Source: Antedon mediterranea
Lineage: Eukaryota; Animalia; Echinodermata
Assembly: GCF_964355755.1 (NCBI RefSeq)
Contig: NC_092674.1
Span: 31,806,001-31,870,000, forward strand
Direction of reading: 5' to 3'
DNA: 64,000 bases
A program made the position numbers and the translations under genes. Below the pieces are notes generated by a model, which saw nothing but the letters and a program-made list of their open reading frames with translations, was not told the DNA's origin and ran no database searches. Each line of letters opens with the position of its first letter. The first letter of the stretch is position 1. Positions 11,791-23,730 of this stretch are shown piece after piece.

Positions 11791-13947
11791 TCAATATCAA
11801 GGCCACCTGGCGTGTCATCAATTCTCTTCTTAAGTCAAATAAAAACGCACCTACCGATATTGAACTTTTAGCTGATGGAAAATTAATAAAAGAACCTTTA
11901 ATAGTAGCAAATCTATTCAATGACCACTTTACAAATATTGGACCCAACCTTGCTTGAAAAATAAACAATGACTCTGATAAAACTTTTCATCACTTCTTAC
12001 ATCCCCCTATTCCTAACTCAATTTTTCTTTCACCTGTAACCGAACAAGAAGTGCACAAAATCACAAATTCATTTAAAAGCAACAAGTTATTAAAAAATCC
12101 ATTGACACTATTCTCTCTCCTCTCACTTACATTTTTAATTTATCTCTTACATCTGGTGTTTTTCCCAACTCCCTAAAAATTGGTAAAGTTATTCCAATTT
12201 TCAAGAAAGGTAGCAAGTCCGATCCAAATAACTATCGTCCAATCTCCGGCCATCCTTCCCTTTTTTTCAAAGATTCTTGAAAAGATTATTTATAACCGCG
12301 TCTATGATTTTATAAGCAAGCACAATATTCTTTATAATAAACAATTCGGATTTAGGAAAAACTATTCTACGTCTTTTGCGCTAATTGATTTAACCAACAA
12401 CATTATTGATGCAATTCAAAACAATTCTTTTCCCTCTGGCTTGTTTATTGACCTGTCGAAAGCTTTTGATACTATTGACCATCATATTCTGATTACTAAA
12501 CTTTCAAATTATGGTATCCGTGGTGTTGCTCTTAAACTTTTAAACAATTACTTATCAAATAGATTTCAATCTACTTCTGTTAACAATCATACCTCTGATC
12601 TTAAGCCCATTACCTGTGGTGTTCCCCAAGGGTCCTTGCTTGGCCCTCTTTTATTTCTAATTTACATCAATGATTTACCAAACGCCTCAGATATCCTTAC
12701 CTTTTATCTTTATGCAGATGACACGACTTTATTTTATAAAAGTGTTAACTTTCAATCAATTTTTCATACTTTTAACCAAGAATTAATTAATATTAACGAT
12801 TATTTTAATGTGAATAAACTTTCAATAAACCTAAGTAAATGCAACTTTATGTTGTTTGGAATACGTCATCAAAAACTGACCGACGAGTCTCATAAAATTC
12901 TGATTGGTGATCAAGTAATCCCCCATGTTAAGCAAACCAAATTTCTAGGTGTTTTAATTGACCAAGAGCTAAATTTTAAAAATCATATAAAAGAAATTGA
13001 ATTAAAAATTTCTAAAAACATTGGCATACTTTATCGTCTGTCTTCCTTTTTACCGTCTCAAATTTTACGCAATATTTACTTTTCCTTTATTCTGCCTTTT
13101 ATTAGTTACTGTAACATTGTATGGGCCAATAATTACCCTTCAAATCTTAATAAAATACACGTCCTTCAAAAGAAAGCTGTTCGTCTTATCTCGGGTAACT
13201 CGTCTTGCTCATACTAATATCCTTTTTTATAACCTTAAACTCTTAACTGTGCACGATATTAATAAACTCCAACAATGCATTTTCGTTTATGAACATATTA
13301 ATTCCAAACTGCCTTCTAACTTTTCCTGTAATTTTTTAACTAACTCTGAAATCCATTCGTATAACACAAGAGCATCACGGGACCTTCATCTTCCTCAACC
13401 TAAACTAACTAAAATGAAACATAACATTCGCTATATAATAGTGGTTCTAAACTATTCAATAATCTACCTCCCGAAATTTCATCATCGTCTTCTAGCAAAA
13501 TGTTCTCTTTTAAACTTAAAGAATATCTTATTTCAAATTATAACTAATTGTTTTCTCTATTTTGTAATATTTTTTTAACTTTAGAAACTTTTTCGAAATT
13601 GCTTCCTTTACTGTTGGTGTGTGTGTGTGTGTCTGTTGATCTTTATGTGTTTGTGTAGTTATATGTTTACATTTATATATATAAGTATATAATCTCCTTA
13701 CATCCCATGGCTTCCCAACATACAAGTTTCAATTTGATTTTTTTTTTCCAATTGATCGATACTTTCTTGGGTTTTTTTGCCTCTTTCATTTTGTATATAA
13801 CTGAATCATCTTTTTATACATTATGATTTACTGTATTATATCTCTAAAAAAATATATATATATTTATTTATAAAATATCAGAAATTATAATGTTTTTTAC
13901 TCAAATATGAATGAAAGAAATAAATGTTTATTTGAATTTGAATTTGA
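11791..13947 (+). mobile_element. 5'-truncated L2/CR1-group (Crack/Daphne-like) LINE B with reverse transcriptase domain, frameshifted
   Basis: ORF 12180-13217 has QFGFR, FIDLSKAFDTIDH, GVPQGSLLGPLLF, YADDT, KFLGV; 3' end has AATAAA and TTTGAA repeats at about 13919-13947. Confidence 0.92.
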
Positions 13948-14200
13948 GGTAAAGTCACTATTGGAATCTTCATTGACATGGCAAAGGCATTTGATACAAT
14001 TGATCATAATATTTTACTTAACAAACTTCATCACTACGGGATAAAAGGAATTTGCCTGGATTGGTTTAAAAGTTATCTAACAAACAGGAAACAGTTTGTA
14101 AATTATGGTGGATGCAACTCCACCGAAGAACGTATTACACATGGTGTGCCTCAGGGCTCTGTCCTGGGACCAAAACTTTTTCTTTTGTTTATAAATGACT
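13948..14200 (+). mobile_element. LINE RT fragment (probable continuation of fragment A)
   Basis: GKVTIGIFIDMAKAFDTIDH..GVPQGSVLGPKLFLLFIND, truncated by the tRNA-like tandem array. Confidence 0.85.
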
Positions 14201-14413
14201 CGAATTAATGTTCATTGCCTAATGTGTTTATATATATAAAAGTATCTCTTCGGAGATCCCGCCTCGTGTATAAAAATACTGAAAGATGAGGGCGTATCAA
14301 TTTGATCTCTGGTGCGCGTGCGTACAACTGAGGACTAGTGCTGTTCCGCCGTACCACCACGCCGAGAATGTTAAAGAGTCGCTATCCAATCGAGTTTGAA
14401 CAATACCATGAAA

Positions 14414-14485
14414 GCCCCAGTGGTCTAATGGTTAGGACATCAGCATATCAAGCAGGCGGTCCGAGTTCGAGTCTCGGTTGGGGCG
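14414..14485 (+). tRNA. tRNA-like sequence, anticodon ATC, copy 1 (anticodon-stem mismatch)
   Basis: Same as copy 2 but TCAGC instead of TCTGC in the anticodon stem. Confidence 0.45.
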
Positions 14486-14777
14486 ACTTTTTCTCATTCT
14501 CACAGATTTCCTCATCTTTATCGTTTCACATTAATTAATTAAATTTCAGTATATCACCGGGCGGTTTCGAATTAATGTTCATTGCCTAATGTGTTTATAT
14601 ATATAAAAGTATCTCTTCGGAGATCCCGCCTCGTGTATAAAAATACTGAAAGATGAGGGCGTATCAATTTGATCTCTGGTGCGCGTGCGTACAACTGAGG
14701 ACTAGTGCTGTTCCGCCGTACCACGCCGAGAATGTTAAAGAGTCGTTATCCAATCGAGTTCGAACAATACCATGAAA

Positions 14778-14849
14778 GCCCCAGTGGTCTAATGGTTAGG
14801 ACATCTGCATATCAAGCAGGCGGTCCGAGTTCGAGTCTCGGTTGGGGCG
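14778..14849 (+). tRNA. tRNA-like sequence with complete cloverleaf, anticodon ATC (Asp-like); probably repeat-borne
   Basis: Acceptor GCCCCAG/TTGGGGC, D arm GTCT-AATGGTTA-GGAC, anticodon arm TCTGC-ATATCAA-GCAGG, T arm CCGAG-TTCGAGT-CTCGG, discriminator G, followed by TTTTT Pol III terminator; intact A and B boxes. Confidence 0.6.
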
Positions 14850-15143
14850 ACTTTTTCTCATTCTCACAGATTTCCTCATCTTTATCGTTTCAAATTAATT
14901 AATTAAATCTCAGTATATCACCGGGCGGTTTAGAATTAATGTTCTTTGCCTATTGTGTTTATATATATAAAAGTATCTCTTCGGAGATCCCGTCTCGTGA
15001 ATAAAAATACTGAAAGATGAGGGCGTATTAATTTGATCTCTGTTGCGCGTGCGTACAACTGAGGACTAGTGCTGTTCCGCCGTACCACGCCGAGAATGTT
15101 ATAAAGAGTCGTTATCCAATCGAGTTCGAACAATACCATGAAA

Positions 15144-15215
15144 GCCCCAGTGGTCTAATGGTTAGGACATCTGCATATCAAGCAGGCGGTCCTAGTTCGA
15201 GTCTCGGTTGGGGCG
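15144..15215 (+). tRNA. tRNA-like sequence, anticodon ATC, copy 3 (T-stem mismatch)
   Basis: Same as copy 2 but CCTAG instead of CCGAG in the T stem. Confidence 0.45.
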
Positions 15216-16499
15216 ACTTTTTCTCATTCTCACAGATTTCCTCATCTTTATCGTTTCAAATTAATTAATTAAATTTCAGTATATCACCGGGCGGTTTAGA
15301 ATTAATGTTCTTTGCCTATTGTGTTTATATATATAAAAGTATCTCTTCGGAGATCCCGTCTCGTGAATAAAAATACTGAAAGATGAGGGCGTATCAATTT
15401 GATCTCTGTTGCGCGTGCGTACAACTGAGGACTAGTGCTGTTTCGCCGTACCACGCCGAGAATGTTAAAGAGTCGTTATCCAATCGAGTTCGAACAATAC
15501 CATGAAAGCCCCAGTTAGTCCAGTCCCTAAGAGGAAATGATGTTACCATAGTGGATACAAGTGTGCCCTTTGGCATGTTGATAGAACATGATATGGAGAT
15601 ACCAAAACAAAGTTACTGGAAATCTGATTTGACCTCTGTGACCTCTGACCTCAATTTTTATATTTCTATCTTAAACAGCCATATCTCCGCAACGGGTTGG
15701 ACAATTGAAATGATATTGGTGTCAAATAGATCAAAGGGTACATATTTATATTCGCTCTAATAGAACTTTTTTCAAAAAAAACGACCGGAAATGTATTTTC
15801 TCAATGTTTTGACCTTTGACCTCGGCTTACTATATCTCAATAACTACTGGTCAAAATTTCTTGAAATTTGTTTCAAATTGTTAAGAGCATACATATTTAT
15901 ATATACTCTAATTAAACATGTTCTTCCAAATCCACAGGAAATGTCATTTACTGACCTTTGACCTTTAATGTTTAAATATGTCTCTATCTCTGTAACCAAA
16001 TGTCATAAAAAGTTCAACTTGGTGTCAAAATGTTCAAAATGTAAACATTTATATTAGCTCTAATAGAAGATGTTATCATATTTTTACTGGAATGCCAGTT
16101 TGAGGTATGACCAGGATATACTGTTAAGCGTGCGTGTGTCATACTTATAATAATATACCTAAAATATAGATTTAATGGACCAGAACTACATTCAATATCC
16201 TATTTAGCCTTTTAAAATTTTCTTAAAACTTAATGTTTAATTTAATTTCAATATATAATTCCATCGCATGGTAGGCCTACACCGTAAGAGCAACACTTAA
16301 TATCAACAAAAAATTAGATAAGCTTAAAAGTTAAATAACATTTAAAAAAAAGAAAGAAAATCAGGATCTTAAAGAAAGAAAAGAAGAATTAACCAATGCG
16401 ATTTGATACTCATAAAACATATGACCTAATTATCAATTAATTACTTAAAGTATGCTGAAAAAATAAAATGTTTGAAACAGTGAGGAAAAAGCGAAGAAA

Positions 16500-17120
16500 A
16501 GAAAAACATATGTTTAAAATATTAGAAATCTGAAAAGGATCAAAGACAAATTAATTACAAAGCTGATTTCTTTTCAAGAACATACTGTAGTGGAATATAA
16601 AAGGAAAACAAACCAGTGAGCAGTCAAAATTACCATCTTGGCTTGATGAGGCAATAACACATCAAGCTCATAACACTATACAACTAAATCTTTGAAACCA
16701 GAATAAATTAAGAGAAGCAATGATAATTATACTTTAATCCACAAAAACATGACAAAACTGACATCAACCATTACCGACCAAACGAACATTATCAAATGTA
16801 CACAAATAATTTACAAAAGTAATCAAAAAACAAAATAAACAAGTAAATAAACCAATATATAAGGCTTTATACAGTAGGACCATCTTATACAGTTTGTCAA
16901 TCAACTAAAATAAAAAGGAAATGAATATCACCAAATCTTTGATTTAGAGAGTATCAGAAAGCATTTGACTCAATAAAACATTACCATATTAGAGGGAAAT
17001 ATTATACCTCAACAAATATTGATTACGATCGTTCAAAGAGAAGTTAAGGAAGATTAGTAAGACAAGGCGACACTTAAGATCTTCGCTGCATTGGAAGAGG
17101 TGTTTAATCAAAGAGCTAAT
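16500..17120 (+). mobile_element. Highly decayed RTE-like LINE reverse transcriptase remnant nested in the Academ-like element
   Basis: Residual motifs NHYRP, LSNVHK..TKVI, QKAFDSI, VRQGDT in broken frames; boundaries approximate. Confidence 0.5.
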
Positions 17121-17148
17121 CTAAAAAATAGAGTAAATATCACTTTAA

Positions 17149-17355
17149 AGACAAAATAAACAGTTAATTTAACCAAAATCACATTGACTTCCAGCCTATT
17201 TTTTGCTTTGAATAACAGTTTTTTGGGGTATGCACTATATCATTTTTTTTTCAATCCAATTTTTGGTGAAACTATTATGTGTGACATTAAAATTGCATAT
17301 TCAACAAAAATATTTGTCAAAGTTACTTTTTTCAGGGGGAAAATAAGTATATCTT
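17149..17355. mobile_element. Kolobok-like MITE remnant nested in the Academ-like element
   Basis: Similar to 35573-35879 (CTATTATGTGACATTAAAAT..ATTCAACAA..TTTTTCAGGGGGA) and ends ..TATATCT-TTAA. Confidence 0.5.
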
Positions 17356-18582
17356 TAATAGCATGTGATATTATTAGCAAATATTTCAAATGTAGTTTTA
17401 AAACTTTCTCATTACAAACAATTGCCATAATTCTGATAACATTACAATACACCCATCCTCTGGGACTTATTTTCAAATGTAGCTAAAAACTTTCCAGTAC
17501 AATTCCGGCCATTTTGATGTGTATAGATGCATGCAGTAGCATTGGAAAAGCGAGAGAGGGAGAGGTGGTTGGGTTGATGGAGAGACACATATTTTTTACA
17601 TGTTCGTCTACACTATAAACTAGTTTAACAAAAAAGGTGTGATGTGCCCAAATATGGTAGTGATATGTCATTCATCGTGTCCATATATGGGCACATAACA
17701 TTTTTTGTCGCATAAAAATGTTATAGTGTAGACAGAGTTTAACATTTGTGTAACATGTAACAAAAATATGTGTCTCTCCATCCACCCCAACCCCTCCCCT
17801 CTCTCGATCTCTTTTTATAGATTATTAATTGCTAAATATATGCAAAACGATGGGTCATAGCTCAAAATGACATTTTCAATTGAATTCTGACAAAATATTT
17901 TGTTAGAGCAAATATAAATGTGTATATTCTAAACAATTTGACACCAAACTGAACTTTTTAAGACAAATAGTTACCGAGATATTGACATATTCAAACATTA
18001 GAGGTCAAGGGTCAAAAAAGCTTAATTTATGGTAATTTTTTTTAAAAGTTTCTATTAGACTAAATATTAGATTTATTTTCTTAACATTTTGAGCCCATTC
18101 TCAAATCTCTGAGATTGCGTGTTATTGAGATATTAGGCAATCAAGGTCAAAGGTCAAACTGAAAAATAAAGTCTTTGCGGCCATTTTTGTACAATTTTTT
18201 TCATTATAGCGAATATAAATATATATTTTCCAAGCATTTTGAAAAAAAAATAAATGTAAAATGTCCCTGCGTTGTCAAGATATGGCGATTTTTAGTTATA
18301 TAATAGAAAAATATAAAAATTGAGGTCAGAGGTCACAGAGGTCAAATCAGATTTCCATTAACTTTGTTTTGGCATCTCCACACTATACTCTACCAAACTG
18401 CTATATTGAAAAATTTGTATCCAGTGTGGTAACAATCCACCCCTTTTTCTCCCCTTAGGGACTGGACTAAGTGGTATAATGGTTAGGACATCTGCATATC
18501 AAGCAGGCGGAACATGATCTCATAATCGCGTCGAGCATAGCTCATTGGCGAATGTTCCGTATTTTTTAGTTGTATGAAAAAA

Positions 18583-18654
18583 TGTCTCTGGCTGGATTCG
18601 AATCTGCAACCTCTCGCTTACAGGGCGAGTATCATACCACTAGACCACAGAGCC
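18583..18654 (-). pseudogene. Degenerate tRNA-like sequence (Pro-like body) inside a second repeat unit bounded by a CGGAACATGATCTC direct repeat (18508, 18880)
   Basis: Minus strand GGCTCTGTGGTCTAGTGGTATGATA-CTCGC-CCTGTAA-GCGAG-AGGTT-GCAGATTCGAATCCAGC-CAGAGACA then TTTTTT; T stem is mismatched. Confidence 0.55.
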
Positions 18655-18896
18655 ATGTATGGTATTATCACAGATTTTCACCCACCAGATACATTCTCTC
18701 ATACAGCAAACGCCCTCACAATCAGTGTGGAGGCTTGTTGACAAGTCAGAATAAATTCCAACTTTAATTCGCAACGGTTTTTTAAATAATATTGTGTATA
18801 TGTAAATCAATGATGTTGCGTAGCACTGTGTAAATTATATATAAATCATACTGTAAATTATAGAAACAGTGCTCATATTCGGAACATGATCTCTCA

Positions 18897-19030
18897 TATA
18901 TATATATATATAAACACAATAGGCAAAGAACATTAATTCTAAACCGCCCGGTGATATACTGAAATTGAATTAATTAATTTGAAACGATAAAGATGAGGAA
19001 ATCTGTGAGAATGAGAAAAAGTCGCCCCAA
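18897..19030 (-). repeat. Inverted partial copy of the tRNA-array unit 3' end, abutting (TA)n
   Basis: Reverse complement of the TTGGGGCGACTTTTTCTCATTCTCACAG..GCCTATTGTGTTTATATATA segment of the 14200-15515 units. Confidence 0.9.
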
Positions 19031-19512
19031 TATACATCTATTATTATTATTATTATTACTGTTATAACTATTATACTATTATTTCTTAGTAATTAAATTC
19101 TATCATAATATGATTTGTTTGATTTGAATACAATTGAAATCTTTTAGTTATACAGGGAGTAGAGAGCTAGATAGGCATGAAGTTGCCTTTTCTCTTCTTC
19201 CTTTGTATCCAATTATTTTAATGTTTTATATTATAATGTTATGTTTATGTATTTTTTTTGGATGAATAAAGAAAGAAATCAGTTTTTTTGTAATTCCGTT
19301 TTTTAACCGCCAAGAACTTATGTTTAATTTGTTTAGTTTGTTTCTTTATTTCCATTCACAAAAACATAAACATACATAAATAATCATTAAAAAACACAAA
19401 ATATGTGTTTTTGGTCTTCAACGCTGACTTGCACTTTTGGTACAATACTAAGTTACACTGACTGAATCGCATGAATTACAAACATGGTCACATGGTGCGT
19501 TGGCTCCGGGAC

Positions 19513-19869
19513 GCGTAATTTTTTTTCCCAGGACGAACGTGGGCAGAATTCATGAATAATTCATGATTAATTATGACATAATAGGGAACATTATAGAGGG
19601 CGCTATATTAGAATGCAGAGAGACGTTTGCCAACCGAAATGTTTGGTCTAGTGGTAAAAGGCTTTAACCTATTACGCTGAAGCCCTCGGTTCGAGTTCTT
19701 TCATGAACATGTTTTTTTTAATAGTTGAGAGATATTATTTAGAGGGTTAGGTTTAGTATATTTAGGAAGTAGATCAGCTATCTTTCAATTCTTTATAATA
19801 GAAAATAAGTAAGGTAATGAATTATTCATGACTTCTGCCCACGTTCGTCCTGGAAAAAAAACAACACGC
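19513..19869. mobile_element. MULE-like MITE (357 bp) with internal tRNA-like remnant
   Basis: Termini GCG..CGC next to T/A runs; TIR core CCAGGACGAACGTGGGCAGAA-TCATGAATAATTCAT; perfect 9-bp TSD CTCCGGGAC (19504-19512, 19870-19878); internal TGGTCTAGTGG..GGTTCGAGT A/B-box-like motifs. Confidence 0.88.
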
Positions 19870-20798
19870 CTCCGGGACTTTGATTGTGGTTAGGCTTCTT
19901 CTATACGATTACGTAGGTGATTCATTTGTAAATGTTTTACGAATTGTACATTGTGGCCTAATATTGAAGTTAGGCTTTTGAATGTGTGTGGCTGTTTGTA
20001 TTTTATAATGTTTGTTCTGTTGACGTACGGTCATGGTATGGATGAATGCATGCCTCGCTGGTATTTTTGTATACGAATGAAAACGCCACTGGTGCATTTT
20101 ACTACTGTACAATACAATGTTATTGACCAGAACGGCGCTCCATATGACCATCTTGAATTGTTTATTTTTTCGGATCGAACGTACGACGTATTTTATAAAT
20201 TTATTTAATGCTATTTAGGCCTAGGCCTAGTTATTTTTTCATGCTATATAGCCAATCCTACGCCTTTTAGTATTAATTGCAGTAAGCCTAGGCCTAAGCC
20301 ATTTTTATGGCCTAAGCTAGGCAGTACTATCCTAGTTGGTAGGCTACTCTTATGCTAACCTAGATGGTGGATTACGCGACGCCAGGCGACCCGGCCGCCT
20401 TCTAGCTAGGCTAGAGGCTGACCTAGCAGGCCTAGCATAGGCTATTTTAAAATGCTCAGGAATTTCCTTGCCCAATTTCAAATTGGTGCCCTTCTTTGTT
20501 ACAATTGCTCGGCGTCCCTGTTCCCTACTACAAATACAGTAGGCCTGGCCTACAGTCTGGCTGGGGGTGGGTTTTATAATACGTACAATAGCCTTTAGTT
20601 TAGGCCTCCGTCAGCCAATATTGATTATTATATTATAATTATAGTAATATATAGGTTTTTTAGGCCTAAGTATATAATATCATATAATATACTGTAGTAT
20701 ATTGCAACAGCCTGCTGTATATGAAATAGAATTACTTAATATTAATAATATTAATATATTGTTTTTTTTAAATAGTTCAAATTCAGGATTCACAGACT

Positions 20799-22166
20799 AT
20801 GATTCCACTTCCAAGGACTGGTATCCGAAACAGGAATGGTCTTATCATTGCTGGTTTTATTGGCTTCATTGGCGTAGCTCTCTATCCTATTATTGTTCAG
20901 CCATATTTCGATCCTAAACCTTGGCGTAAGTTAGTCATTTTATAATCTTCGGCCCATTCAATTCTTGTAGACTTGACACTGTAATTATCCATGAGGCACT
21001 TGCTACTGGTGGTAACATAATCATGAATGCTTTCTTGCAGAACATACACAAAATGAGGCAAGGAAGGATATAAAACAAGAAGATATTCAACCAGGAGGTA
21101 TGTATTGTACACTAAATGCTCCATAAATGTTTTAATTTCTAAATGTCTTAAATTGTAATGATATCTCTGTTGTGAAGTTAAGTTAATGTTGTGCCATAAT
21201 AGACACGTTTTGCGCTCGCGAGGTCACCGTCAGTTTGACCTTTTAGTGGGTATACAATGGTAAACAAACACAGCGAGAGTTATGTTAAAGCATGGGAGAA
21301 CTGAGAGATGATCATCTTAAAAAGCAATCGTCAAAACTAGCCTTTGATGGAATGGCATGGTAAGGATGTTATTTATTTTCTAAACTTATGTTTTATATTC
21401 ACTGTAGAATTATTTGGGCATTTGGTTCGGAATTATCGACTTTATTTATGTATTGTCATTTTTGGTTTAACACTTAAGTATTACGGTGCATTTAATACAT
21501 GTTAACTGTTGATTTTATTTACAAATGTTGCGTAAATATATTAATTATTATCTTTCATTCTTCTTCATGCTCCTATTGCATCTTCCATGTATTATGTGAT
21601 GTTCTTCGGCGCTTAAACAGACACCCAAGGCTCCTAGGCCTAGTAGACGAAGTACCGCATCAGGCAACGCCACCGGGCGGGCGGAGAGGCACGAGCACAT
21701 CGTGGACGTACCTTTCCTTGAAAAATTTCCAAGATTTTGCGCCACTATCCTTCGGAGCTGACGCAAACCACTCAGCAAGTGTTTGAAAATTAAAAACAGG
21801 AATATTATTCAGTGATTTTGTGTAGTTAAATTAACGATTTATCCAACATATACAACATTTATGATGCACCTTGCAACAAAAGCACTCGGCAGTCGCCATT
21901 TCGCTATGCTTCAACACGCACTAGGCGAGAGGTGTTCGGTTTGTTTACAAATCTATACCCACAATTTCTGATTGGTCGCGAGCGCGAAACGTGTCTATTG
22001 AGCTAACAAATTCTGTATTGTAAGTATGTTGTTGGCAATTATTTCACTTATCATATCTTCATTTTAGTCAATTTTAAGTTCTCTATGGATTTATTTTTTT
22101 CCTACTTTAGGAATGAGAGTTTGGAGCGATCCCTTTTCACCAAGAAAAGACATTCCACAGAAATGA
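20799..22166 (+). CDS. SMIM20: Small integral membrane protein 20 (MITRAC7 / phoenixin precursor) orthologue, 79 aa
   Basis: Exons 20799-20925, 21041-21097, 22111-22166 (GT-AG, 240 nt) give MIPLPRTGIRNRNGLIIAGFIGFIGVALYPIIVQPYFDPKPWQHTQNEARKDIKQEDIQPGGMRVWSDPFSPRKDIPQK; carries the SMIM20 hallmarks GF..IG.A.YPI and QED.QP.G..VWSDPF. Confidence 0.93.
21201..21996. mobile_element. ISL2EU-like internally deleted TIR element in a SMIM20 intron
   Basis: TIRs AGACACGTTTTGCGCTCGCGA / TCGCGAGCGCGAAACGTGTCT flanked by AT on both sides; minus-strand coding remnant KSWKFFKERYVHDV..HGRCNRSMKKNE. Superfamily assignment tentative. Confidence 0.7.
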
Positions 22167-23092
22167 AGGTATATAAACGAGAAAGTGAAATTATTTATTG
22201 CAAATGAATAATAAATTAAATAGGTACTGTTATGCGCAAAATGCACATACAGGCATTTAATGTTTTTGTGTATATGCAAATGAATGATAAATTATTTGTG
22301 TTGTTAGCAAAAGCAAAAGCAAAGATGAATATTCATACAGTTAGAAGAATACTAAAAAAAACATTACTTCTTAAAATAAAAATAAACAATCATGCATTTC
22401 AAGGTTGACAGAAACTGCTTAAAAAAATTGCATAATTTATTGTAAACGAATATACACGTGAATATTAAAGGGAGCAGGTATAATAATATAGATTTTAATT
22501 CATCTGCCTTTGTGCAGAATATGGCAAGCACAATTCTGAATAGAGTATACACTCTAAACTGAGATCTGGTAATACTGTACTTCATATAACAAACTGGGAT
22601 CTGGTAGGCTATACTTTATATCTATTATAAACAACTGGGATCTACAATCCATATAAAACACTGAAATCTGCTAACTAAGCTTTATGTCAAGGCGTCACTG
22701 GAATTCACTTTTTGTGTGTATGCAATAGAAAAACATATTTAAGCTAACAATTAACAGATACTATCATCATTATTACAAATTATTAAACCACTCAAAGAAC
22801 TATCTTGAAAAAAAATTTGCATATCATGCATAATATTTAATTTTATGCCTTTACAAAAAATTACATTTTACAGTACTGCCTTATTTAGAAATACTCAACA
22901 CTGTAGGCCTACACAAACAACAGTACAAAGTGTGTACCTTATTTTAATGTGATATCAATTGTATTTAATATTTGAAAGATATCGTAAATGCTGTAAATAT
23001 ATCCAATAATTGCATTATTAATGTAATGTAAGGCATTGAAATTTATATTTATACTGGGTAACCTCTACTACATTGCTAGGCCTTTGTTTGTT

Positions 23093-23400
23093 ATATATTT
23101 ATACTGGGTAACCTCTTCAGTCAAAGACTGGTCTCCCAGAGGGCCCAGTTGGTGATCAGTGGCTGTGATGTACTAATTCACCGGGGTAACCCCCTACTTG
23201 TCTCGAAAGATGTACTGCTACTAGGTTCTTTAGAGTGCACACGAGCTTGATGTGTACACTGGACCTACGGTTTATAGTCCTTACCCGAGAAAACTTGTTC
23301 TACCACCAGAACCATGGAGTGAGTGAGCTTCGAACCCCTGCCGAAGTTATGGCTAGGTAATTACGGTTCCACTGTCTTAACCGCTCGGCCACTCGCTCAC
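23093..23400 (-). mobile_element. tRNA-derived SINE with Nin/Deu-like core
   Basis: Minus strand: TGGCCGAGCGGTTAAGAC (A box), GGTTCGAAGC (B box), core GGACTATAAACCGTAGGTCCAGTGTACAC..GTGCACTCTAAAGAACC, AT-rich tail; related copy at 52235-52368. Confidence 0.8.
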
Positions 23401-23730
23401 TACACCACCATTAAACAATATCATGCAATATTGCTATTCATTTAAGATTCTTTCATGGCTATAGACAATTGAATAATATTCCACAGAACACAAAATAAAT
23501 ATTTATGTTGTTGTGGAATAAAACATAATAATCATTTGATTGATTCACACATTTAGGTAGATAGATTATTACACTTTGCATACAAAGTAAAATATAAGAG
23601 GTATATCTATTAGAAATAATGTTTTTATTAAATGCCATCATATTATAATTTATTATTTGTTTATTGATATACCTGAACATTTATTTATTTACACATTACA
23701 CTAAGGCCATGGTTAAAAAAGTTTTTGCTG

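Larger units (their letters stand above)
14200..15515 (+). repeat. Tandem array of about 365-bp units, each containing a tRNA-like gene and a (TA)n tract
   Basis: tRNA-like starts at 14414, 14778, 15144, 15508 (periods 364/366/364); fourth unit is split by the 15516-18469 insertion and resumes at 18470-18510. Confidence 0.92.
15516..18469. mobile_element. Academ-like non-autonomous DNA transposon inserted into tRNA-like copy 4
   Basis: Termini TAGTCCAGTCCCTAAG..CTTAGGGACTGGACTA; 3-bp TSD AGT (15513-15515, 18470-18472); removing it restores GCCCCAGTGGT; long degenerate TIRs rich in TGACCT/AGGTCA. Confidence 0.88.

Noticed and set aside
14320-14413. CTGAGGA in the tRNA-array unit as a hammerhead core
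   Set aside because: No convincing stem II-GAAA-stem III arrangement by eye; an Infernal search would be needed to exclude it fully.
14338-14902. Repeated 65-66 aa ORFs
   Set aside because: Chance frames through the tRNA-like repeat units.
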